A stretch of 64,000 bases of DNA from contig CAWBAN010000002.1 in the NCBI GenBank assembly GCA_963786935.1, positions 320,001-384,000 on the forward strand. Direction: 5' to 3'. The position numbers and the translations under genes were made by a program. The stretch's first letter is position 1. Every line of letters begins with the position of its first letter. The stretch comes from an uncultured bacterium. GTDB taxonomy: Bacteria > Krumholzibacteriota > Krumholzibacteriia > Krumholzibacteriales > Krumholzibacteriaceae. This document shows positions 38,343 to 49,295 of the stretch, piece after piece. The notes under the pieces were generated by a model. That model was not told the DNA's origin. It saw only the letters and a list, made by a program, of their open reading frames with translations, and did not search any database.

Positions 38343-40244
38343 ATGCGTAACCTCATCATCGGAACGTCCGGCCACGTCGATCACGGCAAAACGGAGATCG
38401 TGAAGGCGCTGACCGGCCGCAACACGGATCGTCTCAAGGAAGAGCAGGAGCGCGGCATCTCGATCGTGCTCGGCTTCGCGCCGCTCGATCTCGGCGACGG
38501 CGTCACGGCCGGCATCGTGGACGTGCCCGGCCACGAGCGCTTCGTCAAGACGATGGTCTCGGGGGCGGTCGGTGTCGATCTCGCGCTCCTCGTCGTCGCG
38601 GCGGACGAGGGGGTCATGCCGCAGACCGAGGAGCACTTCGAGGTGCTCCGGCTCCTCGGCGTGCGGGGCGCCGTGATCGCGATCACGAAGATCGATCTCG
38701 CCGACGACGGCCTCGTCGGCCTCGTCGAGGAGGAGGTCCGCGATCTCGTCAAGGGAAGCGCCTTCGAGAGCGCGCCGGTCATCCGGACCTCCGCCGTGAC
38801 GGGTGCCGGGCTCGCCGAGCTCAAGGCGACGCTGCGCTCGCGCGCGATCGCGCTCGCCGAGCGCGAGGCCGCCGACTTCTTCCGCATGCCGGTCGACCGC
38901 GTCTGGACGAGGAGCGGGATCGGCACGATCGTCACCGGAACGGCGTGGAGCGGCGAGGTGCGCAAGGGGGACGAGCTCGTGCTCGAGCCCGGCGGGCGGG
39001 ACGTTCGCGTCCGGGAGGTGCAGAGCTTCGAGCGGACGCTCGAAGCGGCCTCGGCCGGCATGCGCACGGCGCTCGCGCTCCACGGCGTGCGCGTGAGCGA
39101 GGTGGCGTCGGGCATGCAGGCGCTCACCCCCGGCGTGCTCTCCCCGGCGAGCATGCTCAACGCGGTCGTCGAGGTGGGGCGCCTCGCGCCGGGACCGCTC
39201 AGGAACAGGCAGCGGGTGCGTTTCCACCACGCCGCTTCCGAAATCATCGGCCGCGTCGTCACGCTCGACGGCGCCGAGATCGCCCCCGGGGGGAACGCCT
39301 ACGTTCAGCTCCGGCTCGAAAACAAGGCCGTCGCCCGGCGGGGGGACCGGTTCATCCTCAGGTCGTACTCTCCGCAGCACGTGATCGGCGGGGGACGGAT
39401 TCTCGATCCGGACGCCCCGAAGCTCAAGGCGCATTCGGCGGCGCTCGCGCGGGAGCGCCTGCGCGCGCTCGACGGCGGGACGGCGGAGGATACGGTGGTC
39501 GCGTGCGCCGCGTCCGGCGGGAGCGCCGGATTCGCGATCGCTTCCCTCGAGCGCTACGGGCTCGCGCGGGGGGAGATCGCCGCCGCGGTGGAGGCGCTCG
39601 CGAAGGCGGGGCGCCTCGTATCGATCGAGGGGCGCCTGTTCGAGAAACGGATCGTATCCGACACGGCCCGCTCGCTCGTCGCGATGATCGAGGCGATGTC
39701 CGCCGAAAACAAGCTGCTCTGGGGAGTCGATCGCGAGGAGCTCAAGGCGCGATCGTCGATGCGCGAGGGCCCGCTCTTCGACTACCTCATGGAAGAGGGA
39801 AAGCGCGGCGGCGCCCTGTTCTTCAAGGGGAGCCGGGTCCGCGCCGGGAGCGGCGAACGCGAGCTTTCCGAAGCCGACCGGAAGGCGCTCGCCGCGATCG
39901 AGGCGCGCGTCCGCGAGGCGGGGAGCGCCTTCGCGACGAAAGCGGATCTCCTCGCGATCGTGCGGGACGAGAAGCGCCTCGTGTCGTATCTGCATATTCT
40001 CGCCGACCGGGGCGCGATCGTGCGCATCTCGTCGGAGGGGGCGATGCACGCCGAGCGGTACCGGGAGCTTCTCGAGAAGGTGCGTTCCCGCCTCCTCGGC
40101 GGCGGCGCCCTCTCCGTCGGCGATTTCAAGGAGATGTTCGGATTCTCGCGCAAATTCGCCGTGCCGATCCTCGAGCACCTCGACCGCGAGGGGATCACGC
40201 GGCGGGACGGTGACGAACGGAAAGCGGGGCCGAAGCTCGCGTGA
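38343..40244 (+). CDS. selB: Selenocysteine-specific elongation factor
   Basis: [20 protein letters not shown]-terminal winged helices with [13 protein letters not shown]. Confidence 0.94.
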   Translation: MRNLIIGTSGHVDHGKTEIVKALTGRNTDRLKEEQERGISIVLGFAPLDLGDGVTAGIVDVPGHERFVKTMVSGAVGVDLALLVVAADEGVMPQTEEHFEVLRLLGVRGAVIAITKIDLADDGLVGLVEEEVRDLVKGSAFESAPVIRTSAVTGAGLAELKATLRSRAIALAEREAADFFRMPVDRVWTRSGIGTIVTGTAWSGEVRKGDELVLEPGGRDVRVREVQSFERTLEAASAGMRTALALHGVRVSEVASGMQALTPGVLSPASMLNAVVEVGRLAPGPLRNRQRVRFHHAASEIIGRVVTLDGAEIAPGGNAYVQLRLENKAVARRGDRFILRSYSPQHVIGGGRILDPDAPKLKAHSAALARERLRALDGGTAEDTVVACAASGGSAGFAIASLERYGLARGEIAAAVEALAKAGRLVSIEGRLFEKRIVSDTARSLVAMIEAMSAENKLLWGVDREELKARSSMREGPLFDYLMEEGKRGGALFFKGSRVRAGSGERELSEADRKALAAIEARVREAGSAFATKADLLAIVRDEKRLVSYLHILADRGAIVRISSEGAMHAERYRELLEKVRSRLLGGGALSVGDFKEMFGFSRKFAVPILEHLDREGITRRDGDERKAGPKLA

Positions 40245-40291
40245 GCGCGGCGCCGCGACGGCCGGCGCGGCGCCGGATCCGGGAGGAGCGT

Positions 40292-41368
40292 ATGATCGAG
40301 CGTGCACGGCGGAGAAAGACGAGACGGGTGCTCTATCGCGGCGTTCCCGTGGGCGGGAACGCGCCGATCACGATTCAATCGATGACGACGGCGCCGACGG
40401 CGGACGCGCGGCGGGTCATGCGCGAAATCCGCGCGCTCGCGCGGGCGGGCTGCGAGCTCGTCCGCGTCGCCGTGAAGGACGCCTCCGACGTCGCGGCGCT
40501 GCCGGCGCTCTGCGCCCGGAGCCCCATCCCCGTGATCGCCGACGTTCATTTCGATTACCGGATCGCCGTCGCCGCGGCGAAAGCGGGGGCCGCCGGGCTC
40601 CGCGTCAATCCCGGCAACATCGGCGGCGCGGAAAAGGTCCGGCGCGTCGTCGACGCGGCGGCCGCGGCCGGCATCCCCGTCCGCGTCGGCGTCAACTCGG
40701 GGAGCCTCGAGCGCGATCTGCGAGCGCTCGCGCGAACCGATCCCGCGCGCGCGCTCCGGGAGAGCGCGCTGCGCAGCTACCGGCTCATCGACGGGCTCGG
40801 GTTCCGCGATCTCGTGTTCAGCCTCAAGTCCCCCGACGCGCTCGTCACCGTGGAGGCGAACCGCCTGTTCGCCGCCGACACCGATTGCCCGCTCCACGTG
40901 GGGGTTACGGAAGCGGGGCCCCCCCTCAGCGGCGCCGCGAAATCGGCCGTGGCGCTCACGATGCTGCTCGGCGCGGGAATCGGCGATACGGTGCGCGTCT
41001 CCCTCTCGGGCGATCCGGTGCGCGAGGTGACGGCGGCCGCGGCGGTGCTTTCGGCGCTCGGGCTCCGCGACGACATTCCGCGGATCGTGTCGTGTCCGAC
41101 GTGCGGGAGGAGCCGGATCGACGTGGCGCGGATCTCGGAGCGCCTCGAGCGCGAGATACTCGGCCGCCGCGCCGGCGTCGCGATCGCGGTCATGGGGTGC
41201 GAGGTGAACGGGCCCGGGGAGGCCCGGGACGCCGATATCGGGCTCGCGGGCTCGCGCGGCGGGGCCGTTCTCTTCAGGAAAGGGAAGGTCGTGAAGCGCC
41301 TCTCGGGTGATATCGCCGGGAAATTCCTGGCGGAGGTCCGCCGGTTCCTGGACGGCGGCGAAAAATGA
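40292..41368 (+). CDS. ispG: (E)-4-hydroxy-3-methylbut-2-enyl-diphosphate synthase
   Basis: IQSMT, ADVHF, RVNPGNIG, GVTEAG, SCPTCGR, MGCEVNGPGE. Confidence 0.96.
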   Translation: MIERARRRKTRRVLYRGVPVGGNAPITIQSMTTAPTADARRVMREIRALARAGCELVRVAVKDASDVAALPALCARSPIPVIADVHFDYRIAVAAAKAGAAGLRVNPGNIGGAEKVRRVVDAAAAAGIPVRVGVNSGSLERDLRALARTDPARALRESALRSYRLIDGLGFRDLVFSLKSPDALVTVEANRLFAADTDCPLHVGVTEAGPPLSGAAKSAVALTMLLGAGIGDTVRVSLSGDPVREVTAAAAVLSALGLRDDIPRIVSCPTCGRSRIDVARISERLEREILGRRAGVAIAVMGCEVNGPGEARDADIGLAGSRGGAVLFRKGKVVKRLSGDIAGKFLAEVRRFLDGGEK

Positions 41369-41543
41369 GTGCTTTTCTTCATCCGGCGAGAAATAAATCT
41401 GGTAAAATTCCGCGAAAAATGCTATTATACCGTCGGTTGTGTCAATGGGTTACGGAAAGGACCCGCCCGCGTAGTCGAGCTTCCGGCAACCCCAGGGGTT
41501 GTTGTTTGCATGCTCCCGTCGGGGAGGAGAGGAGGTCGTGTTC

Positions 41544-41900
41544 ATGAGGGGTAGTAGAGCGATTCTCGCTCTTGCGGTACTCGTGCTCATCTTGGGCGCT
41601 TCGACGCTGTGGGCTCAGGGCGAATACTCGATGCCGCTCGACCGTTCGATCTATCCCTTGCGCACCGCGATCAAATACGACACGCAGACGTATACGTTCA
41701 CCTGCCAGAGCGCCTACAACGTGCGCTTCGAGAAGATCGATTCGAAACGGGTGAGGCTGTTCATCAAGCCGTTGGCCTCGCAGCCCATCCCGTATGAAGT
41801 AACGATTCAATGGGGCAATTTCCCGGCGATCACGCTGCAGACCGATCCGTCGGGCGAAACGTTCATCCTGAACACGGAGACGGGCTACGCCGAGAAGTAG
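41544..41900 (+). CDS. Hypothetical secreted protein (118 aa)
   Basis: Strong GGAGG RBS, signal peptide ending TLWA, genome-like codon usage. Confidence 0.75.
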   Translation: MRGSRAILALAVLVLILGASTLWAQGEYSMPLDRSIYPLRTAIKYDTQTYTFTCQSAYNVRFEKIDSKRVRLFIKPLASQPIPYEVTIQWGNFPAITLQTDPSGETFILNTETGYAEK

Positions 41901-42052
41901 CGCTCCGGGTCCGTCCTTCATAATCCCCCCGGCCGCTCCCGCGGCGGCTGCATAGGGAATTTTCACCTGAAATTACGGGCTACTTCGCGCATGCGCTCGT
42001 TTTCACGCGCGCGCCGTCGTGCGCGCGTTCGCGCGCGGGAAGACCGCCTGAG

Positions 42053-43744
42053 CTATTCTTTCTCCGGGAGGGCGGGCTTGACGAAGATCGTCGTGCCGCG
42101 CGAGCAGAGCGCCGTGCCCGCCTTCGATTTTCTCGGCCTGCGGACGTGGCGCTTCTCGGCGTAGATCACGGGAACGGTCGAGGAGCCGCGCGCCTTGCTG
42201 AAGTACGCCGCGATGGCGGCGGCCGTTTCGATGACGGTTCGCGGCGTGGAGCGGTGGGCGCCCTTGAGCACGACGTGCGAGCCGGGCGATCCCTGCGCGT
42301 GGAACCAGAGATCGGACGGCGACGCGAACTCGTGCGTCAGGATGTCGTTCTCCGCGTCGCTCCGTCCCACGTACACCGTGTGCGCGGCGTCGAGCGGAAA
42401 ACGGCGGAAACGCTTCGCGGCCCCCGGCTCGCGCTCCCCGGCGCGGGCGGGCTTGTCCGGCGGAATGAGCGCGATGAGGTCCGCGGTCTCCTCGAGCGCG
42501 GCGATCCGGGCGAGCGCCTTCCGCGCGCGGACGATGTCGCGCGCCGTCTCGCGTTTCCGGTTCCTGATGATGACGTTCCCCTTCTCGCCCTTCTTCGCCT
42601 TCGTGAAATAGAGCCGGATGTTCCGCTCGACGGAGAGGGCGGGATCGAGCGGCACGACGACGTCCCGGTCGCCCGAGAAATCCGCGAGGACGATCTCGCG
42701 CAAGCCCGCCTTGAGCAGATGGCGGTGCGTGACGAGGAGGTTTCCGAAATGGCGGTATTCGTCGGCGCGCTCGGCGTCGGCGAGGTCCTGCTCGAGGTTA
42801 TGCTCGAGCCGCTCGAGGCGCTTCACGAGCTTGGCCGTCTGGACGGCGGCGCGCCGCCGCAGGTGCGCGACGTACGACGGCATGACGACTTCGTCCGCGC
42901 GCGCGGCGAGCGCATCGAGCGCGCCGCGCATGCGCCGCGCGGGCGCTTCGACAGGCAGATCCACCGGATAGAGCGCCGCGGCGCCCGCCTCGCCGGCCTC
43001 GGGAAAATCGTACAGGCGCCAATCCCACGCGCCGCCGGCGAGCCGCGCGCCGAGCCCGGCGAGCAGCGGCCACAGCCGCGCGGGATCCCCGCCCGCGCTT
43101 TTCGCGAGCACCGTCGCGAGAACCGGATCGATCCCGCCGATCGATCGGGCGAGCGCTTCGGCGAATGTTTTGGCCTGTTTCCATCGGCGCGTATGCTCGG
43201 GGGCGGCGGCGCCGAGCCCTCCGGGCGCCTTTTCGGCGAAGAGACCGGCGGGAGGCTCCGCGGGGAGATCGAGGAGCGAGTAGCGTTTCGACGGCAGGGC
43301 ATCGTCCGCCGCCGCCGTTCTTCTCCCCTTCTTCGCGCCGACCGCGGCGAGCTGCCGCTCGGTGCTTCCCCCGTAGAGGGCGAGCGCCTTCGCGGCGGGG
43401 GTGAGGTCGATCCTGAGGAGCAGGCTCTCCTCCGCTCCCCATTCTCCCCCGGGGGAGAGCTCGGCGACGAGGACGCGCTCGAAGCCGATGGAGCGGACGC
43501 GCTCGATGCGCCGCCCGTTCGCCGCCGTCATTTCCTCGATTCCCCGGTTCCGCGGGGCGAGCTCGCGGTCCGACGGCACGAGCTCCGGCTCCCGGCGGTG
43601 GTACAGCACGTGCGCGAAGGGGAACGGGCCGTTCCGGAGATAGAGCGTAACCGCTTCGGGGAAACGCCGCACGGCGGCGATCGAGGCGCCGGAGAGTATC
43701 CGGTCGAGCTCGGTCCCGAGCGCGTAGATGGTGAGGCTGTTCAT
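42053..43744 (-). CDS. NFACT/FbpA family protein (RqcH-like)
   Basis: N-terminal NFACT-N (GFERVL), coiled coil, VGRSDAENDILT, WFHAQGSPGSHV. Confidence 0.88.
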   Translation of the reverse strand: MNSLTIYALGTELDRILSGASIAAVRRFPEAVTLYLRNGPFPFAHVLYHRREPELVPSDRELAPRNRGIEEMTAANGRRIERVRSIGFERVLVAELSPGGEWGAEESLLLRIDLTPAAKALALYGGSTERQLAAVGAKKGRRTAAADDALPSKRYSLLDLPAEPPAGLFAEKAPGGLGAAAPEHTRRWKQAKTFAEALARSIGGIDPVLATVLAKSAGGDPARLWPLLAGLGARLAGGAWDWRLYDFPEAGEAGAAALYPVDLPVEAPARRMRGALDALAARADEVVMPSYVAHLRRRAAVQTAKLVKRLERLEHNLEQDLADAERADEYRHFGNLLVTHRHLLKAGLREIVLADFSGDRDVVVPLDPALSVERNIRLYFTKAKKGEKGNVIIRNRKRETARDIVRARKALARIAALEETADLIALIPPDKPARAGEREPGAAKRFRRFPLDAAHTVYVGRSDAENDILTHEFASPSDLWFHAQGSPGSHVVLKGAHRSTPRTVIETAAAIAAYFSKARGSSTVPVIYAEKRHVRRPRKSKAGTALCSRGTTIFVKPALPEKE

Positions 43745-43916
43745 GCGTCGAATGATAGGGTGGCGGCGGACCCGAAGTCAAATTGTAAAGCCGCCCCGCA
43801 TTTCTTCGCTTACCCCGAACGCCGGAATCGTGCTACAGTCCGCCGCGGGGGACAGCGTCATCCGCGGCGCCGCGGACGCGCGCGCGGACTTGTCGAATCA
43901 TTTCAAGGGGGAGCGT

Positions 43917-44792
43917 ATGGTCTACAGCATGACGGGGTACGGGAAGGGAGAATCGCGGGGCGCGGCCGGCGCCGTGACCGTCGAGGTGCGCACCGTGAAT
44001 CACCGGTTCATCGATTTCGCGATTCGGTTGCCGCGGCAGCTGAACGGCTACGAGCGCGAGGTCGAGAAGCTCGTTCGCGGCTCCCTCAAGCGCGGCCACG
44101 TCTATGTGACGGTCTCCGTCGATCTCGCGGCCGGGCCGGAGAACGTCGGGATCAATCGGCCGTACCTGCGCGCGGCGTACCGGGCGCTGAGCGATTTCGC
44201 GATCGAGGAGGGGATCCCCGGGCGGATCGACATCGGCACGCTGCTCGCGCTCCCCGACATCTTCGCGAACAACCTCGACGCGGCGCTGCCGGAGAGCCTC
44301 TGGGAAGAGACGCGCGCGGCGCTCGCCGCGGCGCTCGAAAAATGCAACGAGATGCGCCGGATCGAGGGGGAGGAGCTCGCGCGCGACGTCGCGCGGCGGC
44401 TCGTCGCCCTCGAGAAATCGGTCGCGCGCGTCGAGAAGAAAGCGCCGCTCGCCCTGAAGCGCTCGCTCGCGCGGGCGAAGGAGCGGCTCGCGCAGCTTTT
44501 GGCGGGGCACAAGATCGACGAGAACCGCTGGCTCATGGAGGCCGCGCTCACCGCCGAGCGGACCGATTTCTCCGAGGAGCTCGTCCGGATCAAGAGCCAT
44601 CTCGCCCAGTTCTACACGGTCCTCGAGAAGGGGGACGAGGTCTCGAAGGGCCTCACGTTCCTCCTCCAGGAGATTCATCGCGAGGCCACGACGATGGCGA
44701 ACAAGGCCGCAGACGCCGTCATCATCCGCGAATGCCTGTCCCTCAAGGAGGGGGTCGAGAAGATCCGCGAGCAGGTGCAGAATCTCGAGTGA
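43917..44792 (+). CDS. yicC: YicC/YloC family endoribonuclease
   Basis: SMTGYG, VNHRF, EELVRIKSH, FLLQEIHRE, REQVQNLE. Confidence 0.94.
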   Translation: MVYSMTGYGKGESRGAAGAVTVEVRTVNHRFIDFAIRLPRQLNGYEREVEKLVRGSLKRGHVYVTVSVDLAAGPENVGINRPYLRAAYRALSDFAIEEGIPGRIDIGTLLALPDIFANNLDAALPESLWEETRAALAAALEKCNEMRRIEGEELARDVARRLVALEKSVARVEKKAPLALKRSLARAKERLAQLLAGHKIDENRWLMEAALTAERTDFSEELVRIKSHLAQFYTVLEKGDEVSKGLTFLLQEIHREATTMANKAADAVIIRECLSLKEGVEKIREQVQNLE

Positions 44793-44853
44793 GGCGCCGC
44801 GCCGCGCGCCCTCGCGGCGCGCGCGGCCGGGCCCGAACCGGGGAGGGAGAGCC

Positions 44854-45459
44854 GTGACGCCGTCCTCGATCATATCCAGGGAGCCGCTCCTCGTCGTCAT
44901 ATCGGGGCCCTCGGGCGTCGGCAAGTCGACGATCGTCGACCGCGTCCTCGCGCGCGTCCCCGGCATGGTCGCCTCGATTTCGGTCACGACGCGGCCGCCG
45001 CGCGGCGGCGAGCGGGACGGATTCGAATATTTTTTCCTGACGCGCGAGGAGTTCGAGCGGCGTCGCGCCGCCGGGGATTTCCTCGAATGGGCCGAAGTGC
45101 ACGGAAACCTCTACGGCACCCCCGCCGCGTTCGTCGAGGATAGGCTCGCCTCAGGCGCGAGCGTCGTCCTCGAGATCGATATCCAGGGGGGGATGAGCGT
45201 GCGGGGACGGTTCCCCGGAGCCGTGCTCATATTCCTCGTGCCCCCCGACGTCGAGACGCTCCGGGCGCGGCTCGACGGCCGCGGGACGGACGGCGAGGAG
45301 GTCATCCGCCGCCGGCTCGAGAACGCGCGGAAGGAGCTCGCCCGCGTCGACGGCTACGATTACGCCGTCGTCAACGACGACGTCGAGCGGTGCGTCGCGG
45401 ACTGCATCGCCATCATCCGCGCGGAGGGGCTCCGGCGGGAGCGGGCGGTGTTCGGCTAG
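44854..45459 (+). CDS. gmk: Guanylate kinase
   Basis: SGPSGVGKST, TTRPPR, EWAEVHGNLYGT. Confidence 0.96.
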   Translation: MTPSSIISREPLLVVISGPSGVGKSTIVDRVLARVPGMVASISVTTRPPRGGERDGFEYFFLTREEFERRRAAGDFLEWAEVHGNLYGTPAAFVEDRLASGASVVLEIDIQGGMSVRGRFPGAVLIFLVPPDVETLRARLDGRGTDGEEVIRRRLENARKELARVDGYDYAVVNDDVERCVADCIAIIRAEGLRRERAVFG

Positions 45460-45493
45460 CGCCCCGGGGAGGTCCGGCGCGGCGTTTTCGTCC

Positions 45494-45522
45494 TTGCGCA
45501 AGGGATTGAATTATATTACTAT
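45494..45522 (+). promoter_or_regulatory. sigma70 promoter upstream of rpoZ
   Basis: TTGCGC-N17-TACTAT in an AT-rich patch. Confidence 0.55.
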
Positions 45523-45633
45523 TTCTCCCCCGGCACGAGGGGCGGAGAGGCTCTCCGATCGATGTCCGGGTGCCCGAGGGCATTCCAGCCGGCACGCATA
45601 TCGTGGTTCACCGTAACGATGAGAGGGTATGCT

Positions 45634-45849
45634 ATGAATCGCGCCCCACTTGAGAGAATTCTCGATGTCATCCCGAACAGGTACGAAGCGGTTCGGATCA
45701 TGGCGAAGGAGGCGAGGAGGATCAATCTCCTGATCCGCCTCTCCGGCGAAGAGATCGAAGAGAAACCGACCTCGATCGCGATGAAACGACTCGTCGACGG
45801 GAAAGTGAAGTATACGTATGCGGATGCGGAGCCAGAGGGGGAAAAATAG
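45634..45849 (+). CDS. rpoZ: RNA polymerase omega subunit
   Basis: NRYEAVRIMAKEARRI...KPTSIAM; lies between gmk and coaBC. Confidence 0.85.
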   Translation: MNRAPLERILDVIPNRYEAVRIMAKEARRINLLIRLSGEEIEEKPTSIAMKRLVDGKVKYTYADAEPEGEK

Positions 45850-47065
45850 CCGCGGGGAAGGATTGCTGGGCAAACGGATTCTCCTCGTGGTGACGGGCGG
45901 CATCGCCGCCTATAAATCCGCCCTCCTGGTCCGACTTCTCAAATGCAGGGGGGCCGAGGTGCGCGTGGCGATGAGCGCCGCCGCGACCGAGTTCGTCACG
46001 CCGATCACGTTCGAAGTTCTCTCCGAAAATCCCGTATCGCTCAGCTTGTTCGCGCGCCGCGAACGCCCCGTCGTCGAGCACGTCGAGCTCTCGAAGTGGG
46101 CGGACCGCGTCGTCGTCGCGCCGGCGACCGCGGACATCATCGCGAAGGCGGCGCACGGCATCGCCGACGACATCGCGAGCACGGTGCTGCTGGCGGCGCG
46201 CGCCATGGTCATGTTCGCCCCCGCCATGAACGAAGCGATGTGGGCGAGCCCGCCCGTCAAACGGAATATCGAAACGCTCATCACGGACGGAAAAATAGTG
46301 CTCGGCCCCGGCTCGGGCGCCCTCGCGTGCGGGGACGTCGGTCCCGGCCGCATGGCCGAGCCCGAGGAGATCGTTCGGGCGCTCGATGAATCGTTCGCTC
46401 CCGGCGTGCTCGCCGGCGTCAGGGTGCTCGTGACGGCCGGGCGCACCGAGGAGGAGATCGATCCGGTGCGCTGCCTCACGAACCGGTCGTCGGGGCGCAT
46501 GGGATTCGCGCTCGCCCGCGCGGCGCGCGCCCGCGGGGCGCGGGTCGTGATCGTGCACGGCCCGGTCGACGTGCCGCCGCCGGCCGACATCGAGGCCCGG
46601 AGCGTCACGACGGCGGCCGAGATGGGCGCGGCCGTGACGAAGGAGTTCGCCGCGTGCGACGTGCTCGTCATGGCGGCCGCCGTGTCCGATTTCACGCCGG
46701 TCCGGCGCAACGCGCAGAAGATCAAGCGGGCGGGGAAAACGCTCGCGCTCGAGCTCCGCGCGACCGACGACATCCTCGCCTCGCTCGCGAAACGGAAGGG
46801 GAAGCGGATCGTCGTCGGTTTCGCCCTCGAAACGGCGGACGGCGAGGCGAACGCGACCCGGAAGGCCCGCGAGAAGGGCTGCGATTACATGGTGCTCAAC
46901 GCGCCGGGGAAGCACACCGGCTTCGGCGCGCCGACGAACCGGATTACGCTCTTCAAGGGACGGAACAGGCTCTTCGAGACCCCGCTCGTCTCGAAGGACG
47001 AAGCGGCGGCCCTCATCCTCGACGCGGTGGCCGCCGACGGCAGGGTGAAGCGGTTCGCCCGATAG
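45818..47065 (+). CDS. coaBC: Phosphopantothenoylcysteine decarboxylase/ligase
   Basis: TGGIAAYK, APATAD, PAMN, LACGDVG.GR, TNRSSGRMG, AAVSDF, GFALET; exact start uncertain. Confidence 0.95.
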   Translation: MRMRSQRGKNSRGEGLLGKRILLVVTGGIAAYKSALLVRLLKCRGAEVRVAMSAAATEFVTPITFEVLSENPVSLSLFARRERPVVEHVELSKWADRVVVAPATADIIAKAAHGIADDIASTVLLAARAMVMFAPAMNEAMWASPPVKRNIETLITDGKIVLGPGSGALACGDVGPGRMAEPEEIVRALDESFAPGVLAGVRVLVTAGRTEEEIDPVRCLTNRSSGRMGFALARAARARGARVVIVHGPVDVPPPADIEARSVTTAAEMGAAVTKEFAACDVLVMAAAVSDFTPVRRNAQKIKRAGKTLALELRATDDILASLAKRKGKRIVVGFALETADGEANATRKAREKGCDYMVLNAPGKHTGFGAPTNRITLFKGRNRLFETPLVSKDEAAALILDAVAADGRVKRFAR

Positions 47066-47073
47066 GGGATTCC

Positions 47074-47907
47074 ATGGAACGGGACGCGCTCGGGGACATC
47101 AAGCGATACCTCCTCGGCAGGCGAGGCATGGGCGTGGAGGTCGCGTACCGGATCGCCGGCGCGGAGCGCCCGGTGGACGCGCCGCGCGCGGGCGGGCGGG
47201 AGACCGCGCTCGTCACGTCACCGGCCCCGCGGGCAGACGCCGCGCCCCGGAGTGATTCCGCGCCCCGGGCCGAGAGCGCGGCGGCCGAGCAAGCGTCTCT
47301 CTTCGGCGAGCCCGGCCGGAAACCGTCGCTCGATCTCGCGGGATTCGATCTCGCCGCGCTCGAGGCGGCGGTCGCGAAATGCGAGCGCTGCGGACTCGCC
47401 GGGGGACGGACGCGGACCGTCTTCGGGAGCGGAAATCCCGCCTCGCGGATCGTGTTCGTCGGCGAGGCGCCGGGCCGGGACGAGGATCTCCAGGGGCTCC
47501 CCTTCGTCGGGCGGGCGGGGCAGCTGCTCACGAAGATGCTCGCCGCGATCGGATTCACCCGCGACGAGGTGTACATCACGAATATTCTGAAATGCCGGCC
47601 GCCGGGAAACCGCGAGCCGCAGGAGGACGAGATGGCGTCGTGCGAGCCGTACCTCGCGAGACAGCTCGCGCTCGTGCGGCCCGCCCTGATCTGCGCGCTC
47701 GGGAGGATCGCGGCGCACGGGCTTCTCAAGAAGACGACGGCGCTCGGCGTGCTCCGGCAGGGCGTGCACTACTACCATGACATACCGGTCGCGGTGACGT
47801 ATCACCCGGCCGCGCTGCTCAGGAATCCGAATCTCAAACGCGACGCGTGGGAGGACCTCCAGACGATGCGGAGGCTCTACGACGAGCGGGTCGGGGAGGA
47901 CGCATGA
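47074..47907 (+). CDS. Uracil-DNA glycosylase family 4
   Basis: CERC, VGEAPG, PFVGRAG, KCRPPGNR, TYHPAALLR. Confidence 0.93.
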   Translation: MERDALGDIKRYLLGRRGMGVEVAYRIAGAERPVDAPRAGGRETALVTSPAPRADAAPRSDSAPRAESAAAEQASLFGEPGRKPSLDLAGFDLAALEAAVAKCERCGLAGGRTRTVFGSGNPASRIVFVGEAPGRDEDLQGLPFVGRAGQLLTKMLAAIGFTRDEVYITNILKCRPPGNREPQEDEMASCEPYLARQLALVRPALICALGRIAAHGLLKKTTALGVLRQGVHYYHDIPVAVTYHPAALLRNPNLKRDAWEDLQTMRRLYDERVGEDA

Positions 47908-49295
47908 CGGACACCGGCACGAATATGCGCATCGAGTTCAAGAACCTCGAGCGCGTCCCGCCGCAGAACCTCGAGGCGGAGCGCGCGGTGCTCGGGGGCA
48001 TGCTCCTCGAGCCCGAGGCCGCGACGCGCGCCGTCGAGATCGTCGGGGCCGAGAACTTCTACCGCCCCGCGCACGGGAAGATCTTCGGCGCGATGCTCAC
48101 CCTTTTCAACAAGCGCGAGCCGATCGACGTCATGACGCTCTCGGAGGAGCTGCGCAAGACCTCGGATCTCGAGGCGGTGGGGGGCATCGCGGCGCTCACC
48201 GATCTCGTCGACTCGACGCCGAGCGCGGCGAACATCGAGCACTACGCGCGCATCGTGCTCGACAAGTCGATTCTCCGGAAGCTCATCCGCGCCTCCACCG
48301 ACATCGCCGAGGACGCCTACGGGGCGAACCGCGAGGCGGACGCCATCCTCGACGCCGCGGAGCAGAAGATATTCAAGATATCCGAGTCGCGCGTGACGCA
48401 GGGCTTCGTGCACATCAAGGACGTGCTCAAGGAGCGGTTCGAGGAGATCCAGCGGGTGCACGAGACGCGGATCAGCGTCACCGGGCTGGCGAGCGGCTTC
48501 CTCGATCTCGACAAGTACACCGCCGGATTTCATCCGAGCGATTTCGTCATCATCGCGGGGCGCCCCTCGATGGGCAAAACGAGCTTCGCGCTCAACATCG
48601 CGCAGCACGTCGGGCTCCTCGAGCACCGGCCGGTCGCGATCTTCAGCCTCGAGATGTCGAAGGAGCTCCTCGTCCAGCGGCTCCTCTGCGCCGAAGGGGA
48701 AGTGGACGCGCAGAAGGTGCGGAGCGGCTTCACCCTGCCGAAGGACATCGAGCGGCTCACCAACGCAGCGGGGCTCCTGTCCGAGGCGCCGATCTTCATC
48801 GACGATACGCCGGCGATCTCGACCCTCGACATGCGCGCCCGGGCGCGCCGGCTCAAGTCGGAGCACGACATCGCGCTCATCATCATCGATTATCTGCAGC
48901 TCGCCCGCTGCAGCGAGCGGTCCGAGAACCGGCAGCAGGAGATCTCCTCGATCTCGCGGTCGCTCAAGGCGCTCGCCAAGGAGCTCTCGATTCCGATCAT
49001 CGCCCTCTCCCAGCTCTCGCGCGCCGTCGAGGCGCGCGGCGGCGACCGGCGGCCGATGCTCTCGGATCTCCGCGAGTCGGGCGCCATCGAGCAGGACGCC
49101 GACCTCGTCCTCTTCCTCTACCGGGCCGAGTTCTACGATCCGGACGATCCCGACAAGCAGGGGAAGGCCGAGCTCATCATCGGAAAGCAGCGGAACGGGC
49201 CCACCGGCATCGTCCCGCTCGTTTTCGAGAAGCGCTACACGAGGTTCTATTCGGCGGCGCAGTCGGACGCCGGGGCGCCGCCGGAGGTATTCTAG
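47904..49295 (+). CDS. dnaB: Replicative DNA helicase
   Basis: PPQNLEAE, AGRPSMGKT, FSLEM, IDYLQL, LSQLSR, DLRESGAIEQDAD. Confidence 0.97.
   Translation: MTDTGTNMRIEFKNLERVPPQNLEAERAVLGGMLLEPEAATRAVEIVGAENFYRPAHGKIFGAMLTLFNKREPIDVMTLSEELRKTSDLEAVGGIAALTDLVDSTPSAANIEHYARIVLDKSILRKLIRASTDIAEDAYGANREADAILDAAEQKIFKISESRVTQGFVHIKDVLKERFEEIQRVHETRISVTGLASGFLDLDKYTAGFHPSDFVIIAGRPSMGKTSFALNIAQHVGLLEHRPVAIFSLEMSKELLVQRLLCAEGEVDAQKVRSGFTLPKDIERLTNAAGLLSEAPIFIDDTPAISTLDMRARARRLKSEHDIALIIIDYLQLARCSERSENRQQEISSISRSLKALAKELSIPIIALSQLSRAVEARGGDRRPMLSDLRESGAIEQDADLVLFLYRAEFYDPDDPDKQGKAELIIGKQRNGPTGIVPLVFEKRYTRFYSAAQSDAGAPPEVF

Noticed and set aside
47904..49295. Intein in DnaB
   Set aside because: Normal length (463 aa) with contiguous motifs
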